DNA from: Sphagnum compactum | Taxonomy: Eukaryota | Assembly: GCA_965153455.1 (NCBI GenBank) | Contig: OZ234494.1 | Location: 5,270,001 to 5,334,000, forward strand | Direction: 5' to 3' | DNA: 64,000 nucleotides | In this document: positions 28,561-40,817 of the stretch, in pieces | Numbering within the stretch: the first letter of the stretch is position 1 | Layout: the number at the start of each line of letters is the position of its first letter | The notes under the pieces: model-generated | What the model saw: only the letters and a program-made list of their open reading frames with translations | The model's database searches: none | Told to the model about the DNA's origin: nothing | Position numbers and translations under genes: made by a program

Positions 28561-28600
28561 AAACTCAGTTTAGCAGCAAATTTAGTGCTAAACTGAGTTT
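28561..28600. other. Perfect 15-bp inverted repeat with a 10-nt loop
   Basis: AAACTCAGTTTAGCA-gcaaatttag-TGCTAAACTGAGTTT. Confidence 0.9.
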
Positions 28601-28813
28601 GCCCTCTCCTTTCTTTCCTGAACGCCTTCGACCAATCACTTCTGCTATGTGCTGTGTGTTACTGTAGCTATACATGTTCTCGAGCGTCGTGCATTTAATC
28701 CTGAGTCTCAGTATTTAGTAAAATTTCATGACTTTGTGGACAACAGCCAGGAGGGGATGAAGCATCGTCACATGAGGGGTGTATACTCAGGCCCAACAGG
28801 GCATGACTTTACA

Positions 28814-28949
28814 GATAACTCTAACATATGAACTGGAATCCCTTCACGAGGGCAACTCTGGGTATGGTTGAGTGCACTAAGCAGGATAACTCTAATATAT
28901 GAACAGGAATCCCTTCAAGAGGGCAACTCTGGGTATGGTTGAGTGCACT
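28814..28949 (+). repeat. Tandem duplication, 71-bp period, 2 copies
   Basis: GATAACTCTAA.ATATGAAC.GGAATCCCTTCA.GAGGGCAACTCTGGGTATGGTTGAGTGCACT at 28814 and 28885 (3 substitutions). Confidence 0.95.
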
Positions 28950-29048
28950 TTACTGCATTGGTGGAAGCAAATAGGTAACAATGGTATCCTCCAGGTTTTC
29001 CAAAAAGAGATACCAGCCAGTTCCAGTTTTACATAAGGGGGGTACATC

Positions 29049-30414
29049 CTAGTGCTGATTGGTTATTGAGTTTGGACCCAGTTATCAAGCCGATTATTAA
29101 AAACCTACCAGCCAATTCTTGGTTTTTTAATTGCGTAGCGTTGAGTTTTCAAAAACCTAATAACCTACCTGAATGATACCTTGCTCTCATGCATAACCAA
29201 TGATTATTACCCAAAATTTTCTAATATCTTATGTGGCACCCAATATTTTGAGATTGATCTTGATAACCTATGTGATCTTCACAAACATTTGAAAAAATAA
29301 CCTACCCAACAGTTATTAAAAAAAAACAATAACCGACCAACACTAGTACATACCAATACTAGTGTTAATAGTGTTGTGCAGGCATCTGGTTTGGAGGGTT
29401 GGAATCACCGGTTTCATGTTTGGTTGATATAAAAAAACCGAACCAGAATCATGTCAGATTTTCAAAACTGGTTCTACAACTGGGACCAAATATGAGTTTC
29501 TTTGAAGAACAAAAACCTGAAACCAAAAGGGATTTTTTAAAAAAAAAATTAAAAAAGGGACTAAAACTTGGGGGGGAGGAGAAATCACCAATTAACTGTC
29601 ATTTTTGGTCCAGGTTACCAAAACCTTTCTAATTTGTTTTTTTAGAACTGGAACTTCTTCCTAAAAGTCAAGAAACCGCCCAACACTTGTTTTTACCATG
29701 GTACCGGTCTAGGTAGTGCTGGTTCAGCCAATGGGATCATCAGTCAGTTCTCTGTCCTTGTTTCAGATCGTTCTCACCTTGTGCATTGGGTGAACCAGCA
29801 CCCAGGTTGGTACCATGGTAAAAATCCCAAAACCCATTTATCTCTAAATATTAGAAATATACCATGCTTAGACTTGTTTTGTAGTCACAGTGCAAAAATT
29901 CACCACCAAAAAATATAAAATGATATATCGCAATTTTTTTAGAAATTTTTATTAATTCTTGGTGATTTTTAAATATATATATTTGACAGAATTATTTTTG
30001 AAAATAAAAATTGTCATACAGCAAAAGTTTACCACAAAAGAAAACACTGGTGAATGCTGGTTCACCCCAGTGATTTTGTTTGTGACCATTTTGATGTTAA
30101 AAAGAGAGTCGCTAGCAACGTGGTCGTGAGAACTTTTGGGAAACTTTTCAAAAAAACTGCCACATTTCAAGGAAGAAAGTTATGAAATTGCCAAAACTTT
30201 TGAAGAATTGGGGCAGATTTTTCTAGCTTTTCCTCTTTTGAAATCGCCATATTTAGCTAATAGGTTTTAGTGGTTCCTCGACATTTTAGAGGATTCTTTG
30301 ATTTTTCTATTTCTTTCTTTGTCTTGTAGCCAAATTTGGCTAAATCCTCTTGTGGCTGATCAGCACATTTGGAGCAACATTAAAAAATTGAAAACAATTT
30401 TTTAAAAACACTGG
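29049..30414. mobile_element. Cluster of small TIR elements upstream of the GT47 gene
   Basis: 29049-29346 (TIR CTAGTGCTGATTGGTTATT / AATAACCGACCAACACTAG), about 29369-29689, the fold-back 29690-29824, a remnant ending AAAACACTGG at 30050, and 30067-30414 (CCAGTG..CACTGG). Confidence 0.65.
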
Positions 30415-31808
30415 TAAAATTTGTAGTGGGTCTCAGTAGTGGCGATACAAGGTAGGTAGCACAGGGGCAGGCTTATTTGTATGATTCTTTTGCTTTGTGC
30501 CGCTTGTTGCAAGAGGAGAGGAGGATTATTGTACGAAATTGTCAGTGCGGGAAAGTGAGTGCTCAATCAGATCATCACTGGATCTTTGTTGTTGGTTGCG
30601 CATCGAACCAATTCTTGCAAAAGCAGCAAGAATCGTCAATACTCAGAACACCCCATTTCTATTCTTTTGAATTTTTTTTCCCATTTCTATCGTTCCTGTT
30701 TCTTCACACCACAATAACAACAACCACCACTCCCAAAGAATATTGTAGTTGCTAAATTTGAGATCCGTCAGTTTGAGATTGACGGAGGTGGGTGCGTGGG
30801 AGGGGGGAAGTCGCGGGAGAGAGATGGAAGATCAACTTCAGTTGTGGAGATGGAAATTCTCGACTGCACCTGAAATTCTAGACTGGGGTGGTCGTCTTTT
30901 TGGTGAGGTGTGACTTTAGGGTTTCAATCGAGGGAAGAAGAACAAGAAGAACAAGAAGAGAAAAGTGCCGGACGTAGGTGTTATTAGGTGGGGAATAAAT
31001 AAATGGGTTTCACTGCAGGGCTTGGGAAGTGGTTGGAGATGGAGATGAATTGCACAGAAAAACCCAGTCTCGGCTTTTTGTGAATTTCCAACTCTGAAGG
31101 AGCTCAGAACTGCGGTGTGGGTCTACAGGTCTCACTGCTTCTGTGAAATACGGTGAGTGGGTGTCATTTCACGTCTGAATCTTGATTTTGCAGATGTTTC
31201 TTGCATCCACGGGGACATTTTTTATCTTCTACAAGTTCGTGTCTGCCTGAGGAAACAGAATCGTGCATGCAAGTAGGAGAAGATCCTTGTTGAGGATGTA
31301 GTTTCCTCTGACGTTTATATATTTGTTCTGCCTTAATCTAAATACGACTTTTGGGCTCCACTTTGTACTCACATTATTCTGTGCTCTAACATACATACAT
31401 TAGTTTACGTCCGTGTCCTCAGATCTGTGTGCATCATGGAGAGAGATCTGGTATTTTTTGTTAAAGATGGTTGTGGATATGGCTGCAGGAGTGGCAAAGA
31501 ATCTGGAACTTATTCAAGTTTCTCCATTTGTCAACAGTAGGAAAAATCCAAGTGGAAGCAATACATCTGTAGGAGCAAGATTTCAATATTGCCTGTGAAG
31601 CTTGTTGGGTTCTGGGTATTGAAATTGAGGAGCTAGGGTTTGTCTGTAATTACATGATACGACTGATATTTTGCAAGTGTTCAACCCAGAAGAGTCACAT
31701 GAAGACGGATGTGTAGCTCTAGAGAGGTTTAAGCAAGGGCTGATGTGATAGCCCTCGGAGTTTGGGAATTCAAAGGGGAGTTGCTACGGATTAAATCCTA
31801 TAGAAAGC

Positions 31809-34426
31809 ATGGTGAAAGGGATGGCAAAGGGGAGCAGGAAGCCCGTGATCTGGGTGATTTTAGGCCTTTGTGTTGCAGTTTTCCTCATGCTTCCGGCTGT
31901 TTATCCTGAAGCCAGATCCCTATCATATTATTTCAATAGAATCCACAGCAGCATTAGTTCTGAGGGCAGAGCTATGAACTGGTTACCATGGTCAACATCT
32001 GCTTTGAGAGTTAATATCTCTGATGAAGCTGTGGATCATGCCCCTGCTTCTGGAATTGGGGAAGCAAACACAAGCACTCAGTGTTCATTGCCCCTGCTAA
32101 AGGTATATATGTATGACTTGCCTCGGAAATACAACTTGGGAATGATTAAGAAGGATGAGAAGAATCAGGAGATTCCATGGACAAATAAGGTTGCACCAGC
32201 TTTTAAAACCAGATGGCAAGTCAACAAGCAACATAGTGTAGAATACTGGATGATGGTGTACATGTTGGATGCCTTGGATAGTGAAAATGGAGAGAGGGTA
32301 GCTGTGAGGGTGAAGGATCCAGAGCAAGCTGATGTCTTCTTTGTGCCTTTCTTTTCATCACTTGCCTTCAACACATATGGCCATGGTATGACAGGACCAG
32401 GGGCAGAGTATGACAAGCGTATCCAAGTGAGTTTTACCTCTATGTTTCTATCTCTGTTTTGCGGGGTGGATGCTCTCAAAGTGTTTCTTTTGCCAGAACT
32501 TATCTTTTTTGTTTTGGATCCACTGTATCAAACCTTGATTGGTGAATGTTCAGTGTTGTTCCTCATCCATAGATCAAAACTCTAGCATCAGGATGCTTCA
32601 TCCTCATTTTCAGTCATGAAGTTTGAAGCTGGATATAAATATGTTCACCAAAGTTTCCAAATCATGTGTAATGAATGGGGATTGGTAACAACGCAGGCAG
32701 GTGTGGTGGACATTCTGAAGGCATCGAAGTGGTGGCAAGCTTCTCAAGGGCGTGATCATGTCATCGTCATGCATCATCCTAATGCATTTAGGTTCTATTC
32801 AAAGACACTTTCTTACCCTGAACCCAATTCAGGATCCAGCAACTAGCAGCTTTTAATTTTGAACTGGAGGGGTAAGAAAGGTGACATGTTTGCCAGTCAG
32901 GTTAGGAACTGAAATCACCAAGGCTTTGTAGAGAAACTTAGCAATGCTTTGCAAGCTTTGACATTTTGGGTCAGAACAAGGTGACTTGCCTCTTTCTTAT
33001 TTCCACAGTAGCCATCTGTTAAACTAAGAACTGCAACTAAATCATTTCATAGAGTTTTTTCTGTTCTGAGATTTTTGGGGTTGGGTTGTTTGGACAGGCA
33101 TTTCAGACAAATGTTTAAAGAGTCAATCCTGATAGTTGCGGACTTTGGGAGGTATCCAAAAGAAATTGCACGGCTTCGCAAGGATGTTGTGGCTCCATAT
33201 GAGCATGTTGTGCCCACATTTGAAGAGGACAATGGAAAAGATCCATATATGTCAAGGAAAATTCTTTTATTCTTCCAAGGACGAATTCAACGCAAGGATG
33301 TGTGTACTCATTTCCTTTGTGCCTATGTCCACAGAAATAACACTTGCCAAGAAGTCTGAGAACATCCCTGTCATTTGGTGCAATTTTGATCCGCTGTGAT
33401 CTAGAACGACCCAAAACATAAGAATTTTACATGATGGTAGATTTAAGTGACAGAATGGACGTTGGGAGCAGTTGAATAAGAAAAGAGATGATTACATGTG
33501 TCCAGACTTGTGTTTAGGTTTATTTCAAGTCTGTGAGATCATGTTGGTGCTTGCAAAGATCTATGTCTAAGATGCCATTTGTTCCTCTTTTTTGTTTATC
33601 CATGAAGCACTGTTGGATGGTCTGCATGCATCAGGATGGGGTTGTGAGGAGCAAATTGGCGCATGTGCTAGCAAACAAAACAGATGTGCGCTATGTGAAC
33701 AGCCTTGCCTCATCGGAAGGACTGGAGCAGGTAGAGACTTGTAGTTCTTGCAGTTCTGATGCCTGACCTTGGCCCTGATCTCCACGGCTGAACTTTCACC
33801 ACATTTGGAGTTTTTCTTATCAAGCAGTTGAGATGATGTCCACATCCTACTGGCAGATTGTAGAGGAGTCTGCACCCTGAATCCATCTTAACACTATAAG
33901 TGCTCTTTGGTAGAGCATTTATGATGTAGGATTCCTTGCTGACAGAAGTATTCTTGTGATATCAGCAATTGGGTTGGGCTGACTGACTGTTGTATGACTG
34001 CCTTTGCAGGCAACCAGGGGAATGCGTTCATCACGCTTTTGCTTGCATCCAGCAGGGGATACACCATCCTCTTGTCGCCTTTTTGATGCGATTGCAAGCC
34101 ATTGTGTCCCTGTCATTGTTAGTGACAGATTAGAACTGCCATTTGAGGATGAAATTGACTACAGAGAGTTCTCATTGTTTTTCTCAATCCAAGAAGCCAT
34201 CAGGCCAGATTATCTTGTAAACTATTTGAGGAACATTGAGGAAGGCCATTGGCTTCGAATGTGGAATCGGCTCAAGGAAGTGTCTCATCATTTTCAATAC
34301 CAACATCCACCAAAGAGAGATGATGCTGTGAACATGATTTGGAAGCAGGTTCAGCATAAAGTACCAGCTGTGAAGCTGGCAATGCACAGAAATCAAAGGC
34401 TCAAGATTGCAGACTGGTGGCAATGA
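31809..34426 (+). CDS. Exostosin-family glycosyltransferase (GT47), ARAD1-like probable arabinosyltransferase, type II membrane protein, 475 aa
   Basis: Exons 31809-32426, 32697-32791, 33098-33299, 33635-33730, 34010-34426 (all GT-AG, 1428 nt, open). N-terminal TM segment [17 protein letters not shown]. Motifs [99 protein letters not shown]. Confidence 0.95.
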
Positions 34427-35710
34427 TGATGACATACTAAGTCTAGTATGTGGGAAACATGAATGAGTGTTTGTAGTTATTTAGGCATTATTTATTGACC
34501 ACATGTCATGGTTTTCTGCGAAATCTATTGAGGTAGCAATGGTGATTTTTCTTGAAGGAAGTGTTAATGAAGAGAAATTGGAGTCAGGGCAATTGAATGA
34601 TTTTTCATGCATAGGGTTTGTTCTTTCCTCACATCTGGGTTATTTGTCTTGGATGCTTCAGTGATTGCATTGCCAGGGGTTTGGAAGTTGATCTGGTAGA
34701 GGACAGGCATACAAAGAACACTCACTGCACTTTCTCTGTCTGGTCCCAATGCTTTATCTCCACATGGATGCAAAGCTGCAGGTCTGAAGAATAAATGAGG
34801 AAAACTGTCTGATGATCTCAAAGAACTTGGATTGTGGTGACTGACCCAAGAGAAGACTGATATGATGTTGATTATTATCTTTTTACTGGTGCTGGAGGTG
34901 TTGCAGACTTGTCTCTTTCATAGTTTATGTATAGATGTGAGGTTTCAGCCAAACCATCTGAGCTGTAAAGTCAAGTTCGTTCCACACAAAAGACATTTTG
35001 GAGTTCCATAATGTTCTGAGTAGTAATTTTTTCTCCTTGACTGCTCATAACAACCAAATCTAGTCAGCTGCATTGTTTTTTGGTTAAAAATTAAAGCAAG
35101 GGTGACCATAAAACACTCACTCTTTGAAGCCTTAATTCAATAGCATATGGGGTAGGACATTGTGGCTAGTTTTGCAGGTCCAGTTCACACCAAGCCCATG
35201 CTAAATGTGACTCTCAATCATGCCAAGTATCTGAAATTCACACCCAGCTTCTTGCTCCTACACCGCTACAGCCCACTTGTCATGGCTGCTCGAACCATTG
35301 CAATGATCAGACATAATGTCATAGGGTGACTCAGCATGTACACTCAACCCCACCCATCTGACTCTGCTGAGTTTAATTACTGTACCCTTGCTGCACATAT
35401 CAACACCCGCAGTGCCCTTGTACTCTTAACTTGTCTGTCAAGCTTACTTCTGCTCAGGATCCTGTGTGTTCGTCAAACAAAGTCTGGAATAGTGCTCATT
35501 GTCCAACTAGGTAGGTACTCACCGTAGCAACAATGCTTAGCAGAGAAGGTTTATAAACTAGAGTTGTGCAGCAGATTTCAACAAATTCATTAAGTTCCAA
35601 CGCTCAGTCATTCATCAAACACCCTGCTATATGATGAACATCATATTTAACACCAACCCAATAATTGTTGCTGGATAGCCACTCAGCTTGCATTCTGTCA
35701 ACATGATTCA

Positions 35711-35776
35711 AGAGGCTTATCAGTCAGGCGCAATATTCCATTCATCATTCCCCATTGTGATCATCACTAAGCCTCT
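35711..35776 (-). ncRNA. Candidate box C/D snoRNA
   Basis: Minus strand reads AGAGGCTTA-GTGATGA(C)-TCACAATGGGGA-ATGATGA(C')-ATGGAATATTGCGC-CTGA-CTGA(D)-TAAGCCTCT: a perfect 9-bp terminal stem directly flanks boxes C and D. Confidence 0.5.
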
Positions 35777-36486
35777 ATCTCAAAACAAAGGATTTTCTAG
35801 AACTCATTCGAGGAAAAAAATTCTGAAATCACCATATTTAGACAATAGGTTCCACCAAGTCACCAAAATATAGCAGGATTCTTAAGATTTTCTACTTTCC
35901 TCTTTTGGATGATTGCCACTGTGACTACTACTACATCACAAAATTGATAAATAAATAAATAAAAGTCTGCTCATATACACTGTGGTTGATATTTTCTTTT
36001 CAAATTATGGTAATTCACAACAATGCAACATTTTACAAATTCCAAATGTATGTATATTGATGCATAAGGGGAACAAATATATGGTCATGTAAATATGAAT
36101 GTAGGGGTGCATGTGGTGTAATTATATATCTGACATTGAGATATTCTATATGATTACTTCTTAAATTAATTTACAGGCAAGTTTACCAAAATTCCAATAG
36201 TGTTGGATTTCCACTCCAAACTATCTGTAAGGTGATGGAGAAAATCTATTCAATTGATACTACAATGAACTAGAAAACGTAATACTTTTGAAAATATATG
36301 TATACCTGGAAAATGGTATGTAAAATATATTGAGAGCAAGTACTACTAAAGATTTGGGAATCAAAAGCATTGAAACGATGATATTAGAAATGCCAAACTT
36401 TAACCGACCTTTCACTTCAGAAATCCATGATAGTTTGAATCCAATTCCAAAAGGAAAGAACCGTTGCTAACCCCCCTGGTACCAAG

Positions 36487-36768
36487 GTGTGGTTTTTTGC
36501 AATTTTGTGATGTGGGCAAACTGACAATCATCCGCAAGAAGATATAGCCAAATTTGGCTATAGACCAGATATGAAGGTAAAAAATTTTAAGAATTCTTTT
36601 ATATTTTGGCTACTTACTGGAACCTATTGTAGAAATCTGGTGATTTCAATGTCAAAATCTGACGAATTAGGGCCCCATTTTTCTTAAACAAAAATCCTTT
36701 GTATGTGTCCAATTCATATTTTCCAGGTTGAAGAAAAGTGAAAAATCGCCCCAGAAAAAAATCACCGC
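36487..36768. mobile_element. MITE-like element, CAGTG...CACTG family (partial relatives at about 27280-27525, 35809-35955, 63685-63847)
   Basis: CAATCATCCGCAAGAAGATATAGCCAAATTTGGCTATAGACCAGATATGAAG..TATTTTGGCTACTTACTGGAACC core. Confidence 0.6.
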
Positions 36769-37589
36769 AGCCCTGTAGATCTCTATTTTGCAACCAAAAA
36801 GGTGCAAGCCAGTGTTGTTATGTTAATATTTCCCTGACATGAACATGCATAATTGCCATATCTGTGCCATATACAGCTGGAACTATATTCAAAACTCATG
36901 TGATTTTCAATATCCAGGAGTGAATGCAACTGTTGGAATGTATCTCAACCATAAACTCAGCATGTATGTTCACATTATTCATACCTGAAAGACTCCAGAC
37001 TTGTATCTTTGGTATAAGCTTCTAGTAGAGGAGTGAGAAGTTAGTGAATAAAAATGATTATCACAATGATTGGAAACTGCAATCGCACATTCTATCAAAT
37101 GGGCACCATATGCGAATGCCAGCACAATGGGGCAGTTGATTGATGAAAGAACCAGCCCAGTTTTTTTAGTGTATTTTAAGCCCCTCACCCAGCCAAATTT
37201 TTCATTGTAACTTCCAAAATTCAGAAGGTCCTGGACGGCCCATCAACTGGGCCTTCTGGAAGTTTCTTTTCTCAAAATTCATCTTTTCACCTCTTTTTTT
37301 TTTAAATCTTTTTTTTTGAAACACCTTCATTTTTATCACTGCAGATATTGAAGCAAACCAAAAAAAGTACAGAGATAGCCAAGCTTTCTAACCTCCTGCC
37401 ATAACAAATTTACCATCAAGACTAAGTACGAAAGAAGCAAGAGATCATGGTGTAAACAAACTTGATGTCAGAATGAAGAACATAAAGAAAAGATCTACTG
37501 ATACAAAGAGACAAAAATAGAGATACAATATGTTTACCACAGAGCAAAGAGGTTTTGCAAAAATAGGCAGTACTCCATGTCACTATTAC

Positions 37590-38480
37590 AAGTTATTATA
37601 CGCATATTGTGCTAAGGGGTGAAGGCGGTAAACAATATTTAAAAACTAACAGTGAAACATTCATATGTCTATGATATTAATGTGTCAATAAGTGAACATG
37701 ACTATTCAACATGTGTACAATGTAAAACAATTCAAAGAAAAACAACACTCCCACTCGTTGTCATAACAATAGAATGGTCAATGTTCATTTAAATCCTCCC
37801 ACTCATTGATCATTCTTGGACCCAAGAGTGAATGGAGAATGAAATCATTGAAATTTATCCATAGATAGTGCCTTGGTAAGAACATCAGCAATATGATCAT
37901 ATGTTGAAACATATTGAACTTGAATGAGTTGATGTTCTGGTATTCACAAATGATGCGATATTGAATATCAATATGTTTTGTACAACAATGAAATTCAGGA
38001 TTGGAAACAAGCCGGATGGCACTCTAATTGTCTGAAAAAACCACTATTGGAGCTGATTGTGAGTACCAAAGATCTACAAGAAGATGGCATAACCAAATAA
38101 TCTCCTTTGTGGCCATGGCAGCAGCAACATATTCAGCTTTGGTGGTCAAACTTGCAATAGATTGTGGTTTGCAACTAACCCAAGTAATAGGACTTCCATT
38201 GAGAAAAACAACACAACCACTTCATGATTTGTGATCATCGAGATCACCAACATGGTCAGCATTTGCATAGGCCATTAAATATTGATGGCAAAGTGACCAA
38301 AGAAATAGAGAATAATAAGCAATACCCTTGAAATACTTCAAATTCTACAAATAACATTACAATGTACACACATAGGCTGATGAGAATTTGGCAATTGTCC
38401 CAATAGCAAAAGTAAGGTCAAGACAAGTCCTTAACATTGCAAACATAAAACTACCTATTATCTATTTGTATGGAAAGGCA
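37590..38480 (-). mobile_element. Ty1/copia LTR retrotransposon remnant (RT C-terminus, RNase H, PPT, start of 3' LTR)
   Basis: Minus strand: IGSFMFAMLRTCLDLTFAIG, AYANADHVGDLDDHKS*SG..GSPITWVSCKPQ..LTTKAEYVAAAMATKEIIWL..SDN*SAIRLVSNPEFH..TKHIDIQY..VQYVSTYDHIADVLTKAL. Polypurine GAGTGGGAG (37756-37748) is followed by TGTTG at 37747. LTR end uncertain. Confidence 0.9.
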
Positions 38481-39623
38481 GTGTCACCAAAAAAGAAGGG
38501 GAGATGATTTTTGGTGTGGAAATCTTTAACATTTTGTGGAAATAAAAACTCAACAAGATTTGCTCGAAATTTCCAAGAGCAAAAAGAAGGTTACAACAGG
38601 TATTGTTTCTAAACCTAAATCCTTCCAACCAAGCAAGTTTTGTTATTATAGTTCTATGGACCTAAAGGGATCAGACCTCTCTTGATTTCCTCTCAAGGAG
38701 CCAACTAATTGTTAATGAGTGTGGCAGCTCATCCTTCAACAACAGAATCCCCGCAAATGATACCCCCACACCATTACATAGTATTTTTCAGAAGTTGTAC
38801 AGAAACTAAAAAGAAAGTAGGTAGATGTTATCATCTACACCTCAGAACACCCTCTAGTTCCAAAATCCCCGGAGCTCCCACTGTTTCACAAGTATTCTCT
38901 TTTCAGAGTAAACCACATTACACGTTCACATTGAAACCCCCAATAACTGACAAAGATGATGGCTGCCACTACAATCACTACTGAAATCCTAGACTTTTTC
39001 ATCATTTCCCTTGATCTAATCCCTAAAATGCAAACACTAGACCTCCTATTTCCTTCCTAACGCTCTTGGCACAACTAAGGAATAGGGAATAGAACGTAAG
39101 GAAGGGAACAATATGAAAAAGGGGGAAAGAACTTGAGAGTAGTTACTCTCCCTCATTTTATAATACCTTCAACACCCTAGGATATTGCTTAAGGGGTTTG
39201 CAGACCTTTTTATCACTATTATCCCTCTTTCCCCCCTACTTGCTGATTTTTGGTAGCTTTGGCTAACACCTATAACCTTCAAGAAGTCCTCCTTTGCTCT
39301 GTACCTTTTGCAACTAGTTGTTTTCCCTCTAAGCTCCTACCTATGCAATGATAATATTAGTGATAAGTTATTTCTGTTAGGGCAAGAAAATGAAATCGTG
39401 GTCTCTTTCCTCTTTCCCATGTAACAGTTTTCAAAAGGTTTAATTTGTTTTTGTTCCAGGTCCTGCGGGAGGGGGGTGGTAGCTGGGCCAGTTATATTTC
39501 CAGGAGCTATCCCAGTTCAGTGTTTTCCAGTCAGTGGCATCTGGCCAGGTCCGAGGGCATGTAAATAGTGTGGTTTTTCCTCAGCTGTTTTAGTTTAGGT
39601 TTTGGTCTTTCGAAAGGCCCCCT

Positions 39624-39657
39624 ATTTAATTTAATTTAATTTAATTTAATTTAATTT
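39624..39657. repeat. (ATTTA)n microsatellite
   Basis: Directly visible, nearly 7 units. Confidence 0.9.
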
Positions 39658-39810
39658 CCTGTGATACCCATCTGCTATCCCGAAAAATAATAATCAGAGC
39701 AGGTCTTTAACCTCAGTCAAGGCCTAGGCAATGGGCTTTACCCAAATCTGGCCCATGCATGGATTCTTCCTCCACTGAATGAACAGCTACATTTTGAAAC
39801 TTGTATGGCC

Positions 39811-40214
39811 GGCCACAGTGAACCAGCACCCACCAGCGCCCCGTGAAGGATGGATGGTAAGTGGTCAGGAAACAGTTTTCTGTTGGGTTCCAGTTACCTA
39901 GCTAACCCTGGTGGTTTATCTCAGTTGCTTTTTTTTTCCTACTTACCTACTTACTAACAACCCACAAGCAGGTTTTTAATTGGTAAGTAGTAAAAACAGC
40001 CATTACCTACTTACCTTTCCTTACCTAGTAAACCATCTACTTACCTAGTAATTACCTATTTTCCTACCTATCTACCTATATATGAGACCTATTTCTTACA
40101 GAATTGATCACCAAGGTGAAACCAAATGTAAACTCAGTTGAGGTTCATCCACAACTGAGTAATAACAGTCATCCAGTGGATGGTTGCACTGGTGGGTGCT
40201 GGTTCACTGTGGCC
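39811..40214. mobile_element. 404-bp MITE with perfect 26-bp TIRs
   Basis: GGCCACAGTGAACCAGCACCCACCAG (39811-39836) is the exact reverse complement of 40189-40214. A left-truncated copy lies at about 51208-51539. Confidence 0.9.
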
Positions 40215-40817
40215 CACATGTTAGTTGTTTGTGATTCATAGCAATTTTTCTTGAAATTGTTGTAGATGCATAGAACCAGCATTTTCTTTATGATTTGCCT
40301 AAGGTCCCGTAGTTAGTTATGTGTGTTGGCACTTGGAGGCAGTGCTACGGAGTAGTCTAAATTTTTGCTCAATACAGTAGGCAACTTGTAAGAAGGACTT
40401 TGGCATTCTCAAGAAATTCATGATAGCATAGAATTGCAATACAAAAAAATGTCTAGTATAGTAAGTGGGTTGACTACATCCTATTTTCACCAGTAAAAAA
40501 GGTGGCAATCCTTTCAATATCCATTTATGTGCATTAGCAAGCATTTTAACATATGTGTATAAAATGTCGCAACAACTTGTAGCCAATAAGTTTTGCCAAA
40601 AGATTTACAATTTTGCTAAAAGATTGAAGGCCCAAGGAGGGATCAAACTCTGATCCTTTGGAATCATACCCATTGCATTTGAGATAAGATAAGCACAAGC
40701 AACACCCACTAAAACCTTCCTTACAATCCCACACAAGTTCAACAAAACAATCAAAAAATCAAACAATAAGCAATGTGCATATAAAAAAAAACAAAAGAAT
40801 AACAAGCAAGTAGTCTA

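Noticed and set aside
35604-35647. Second C/D-like box set next to the snoRNA candidate
   Set aside because: Box C is degenerate, the span is about 40 nt and there is no closing stem.
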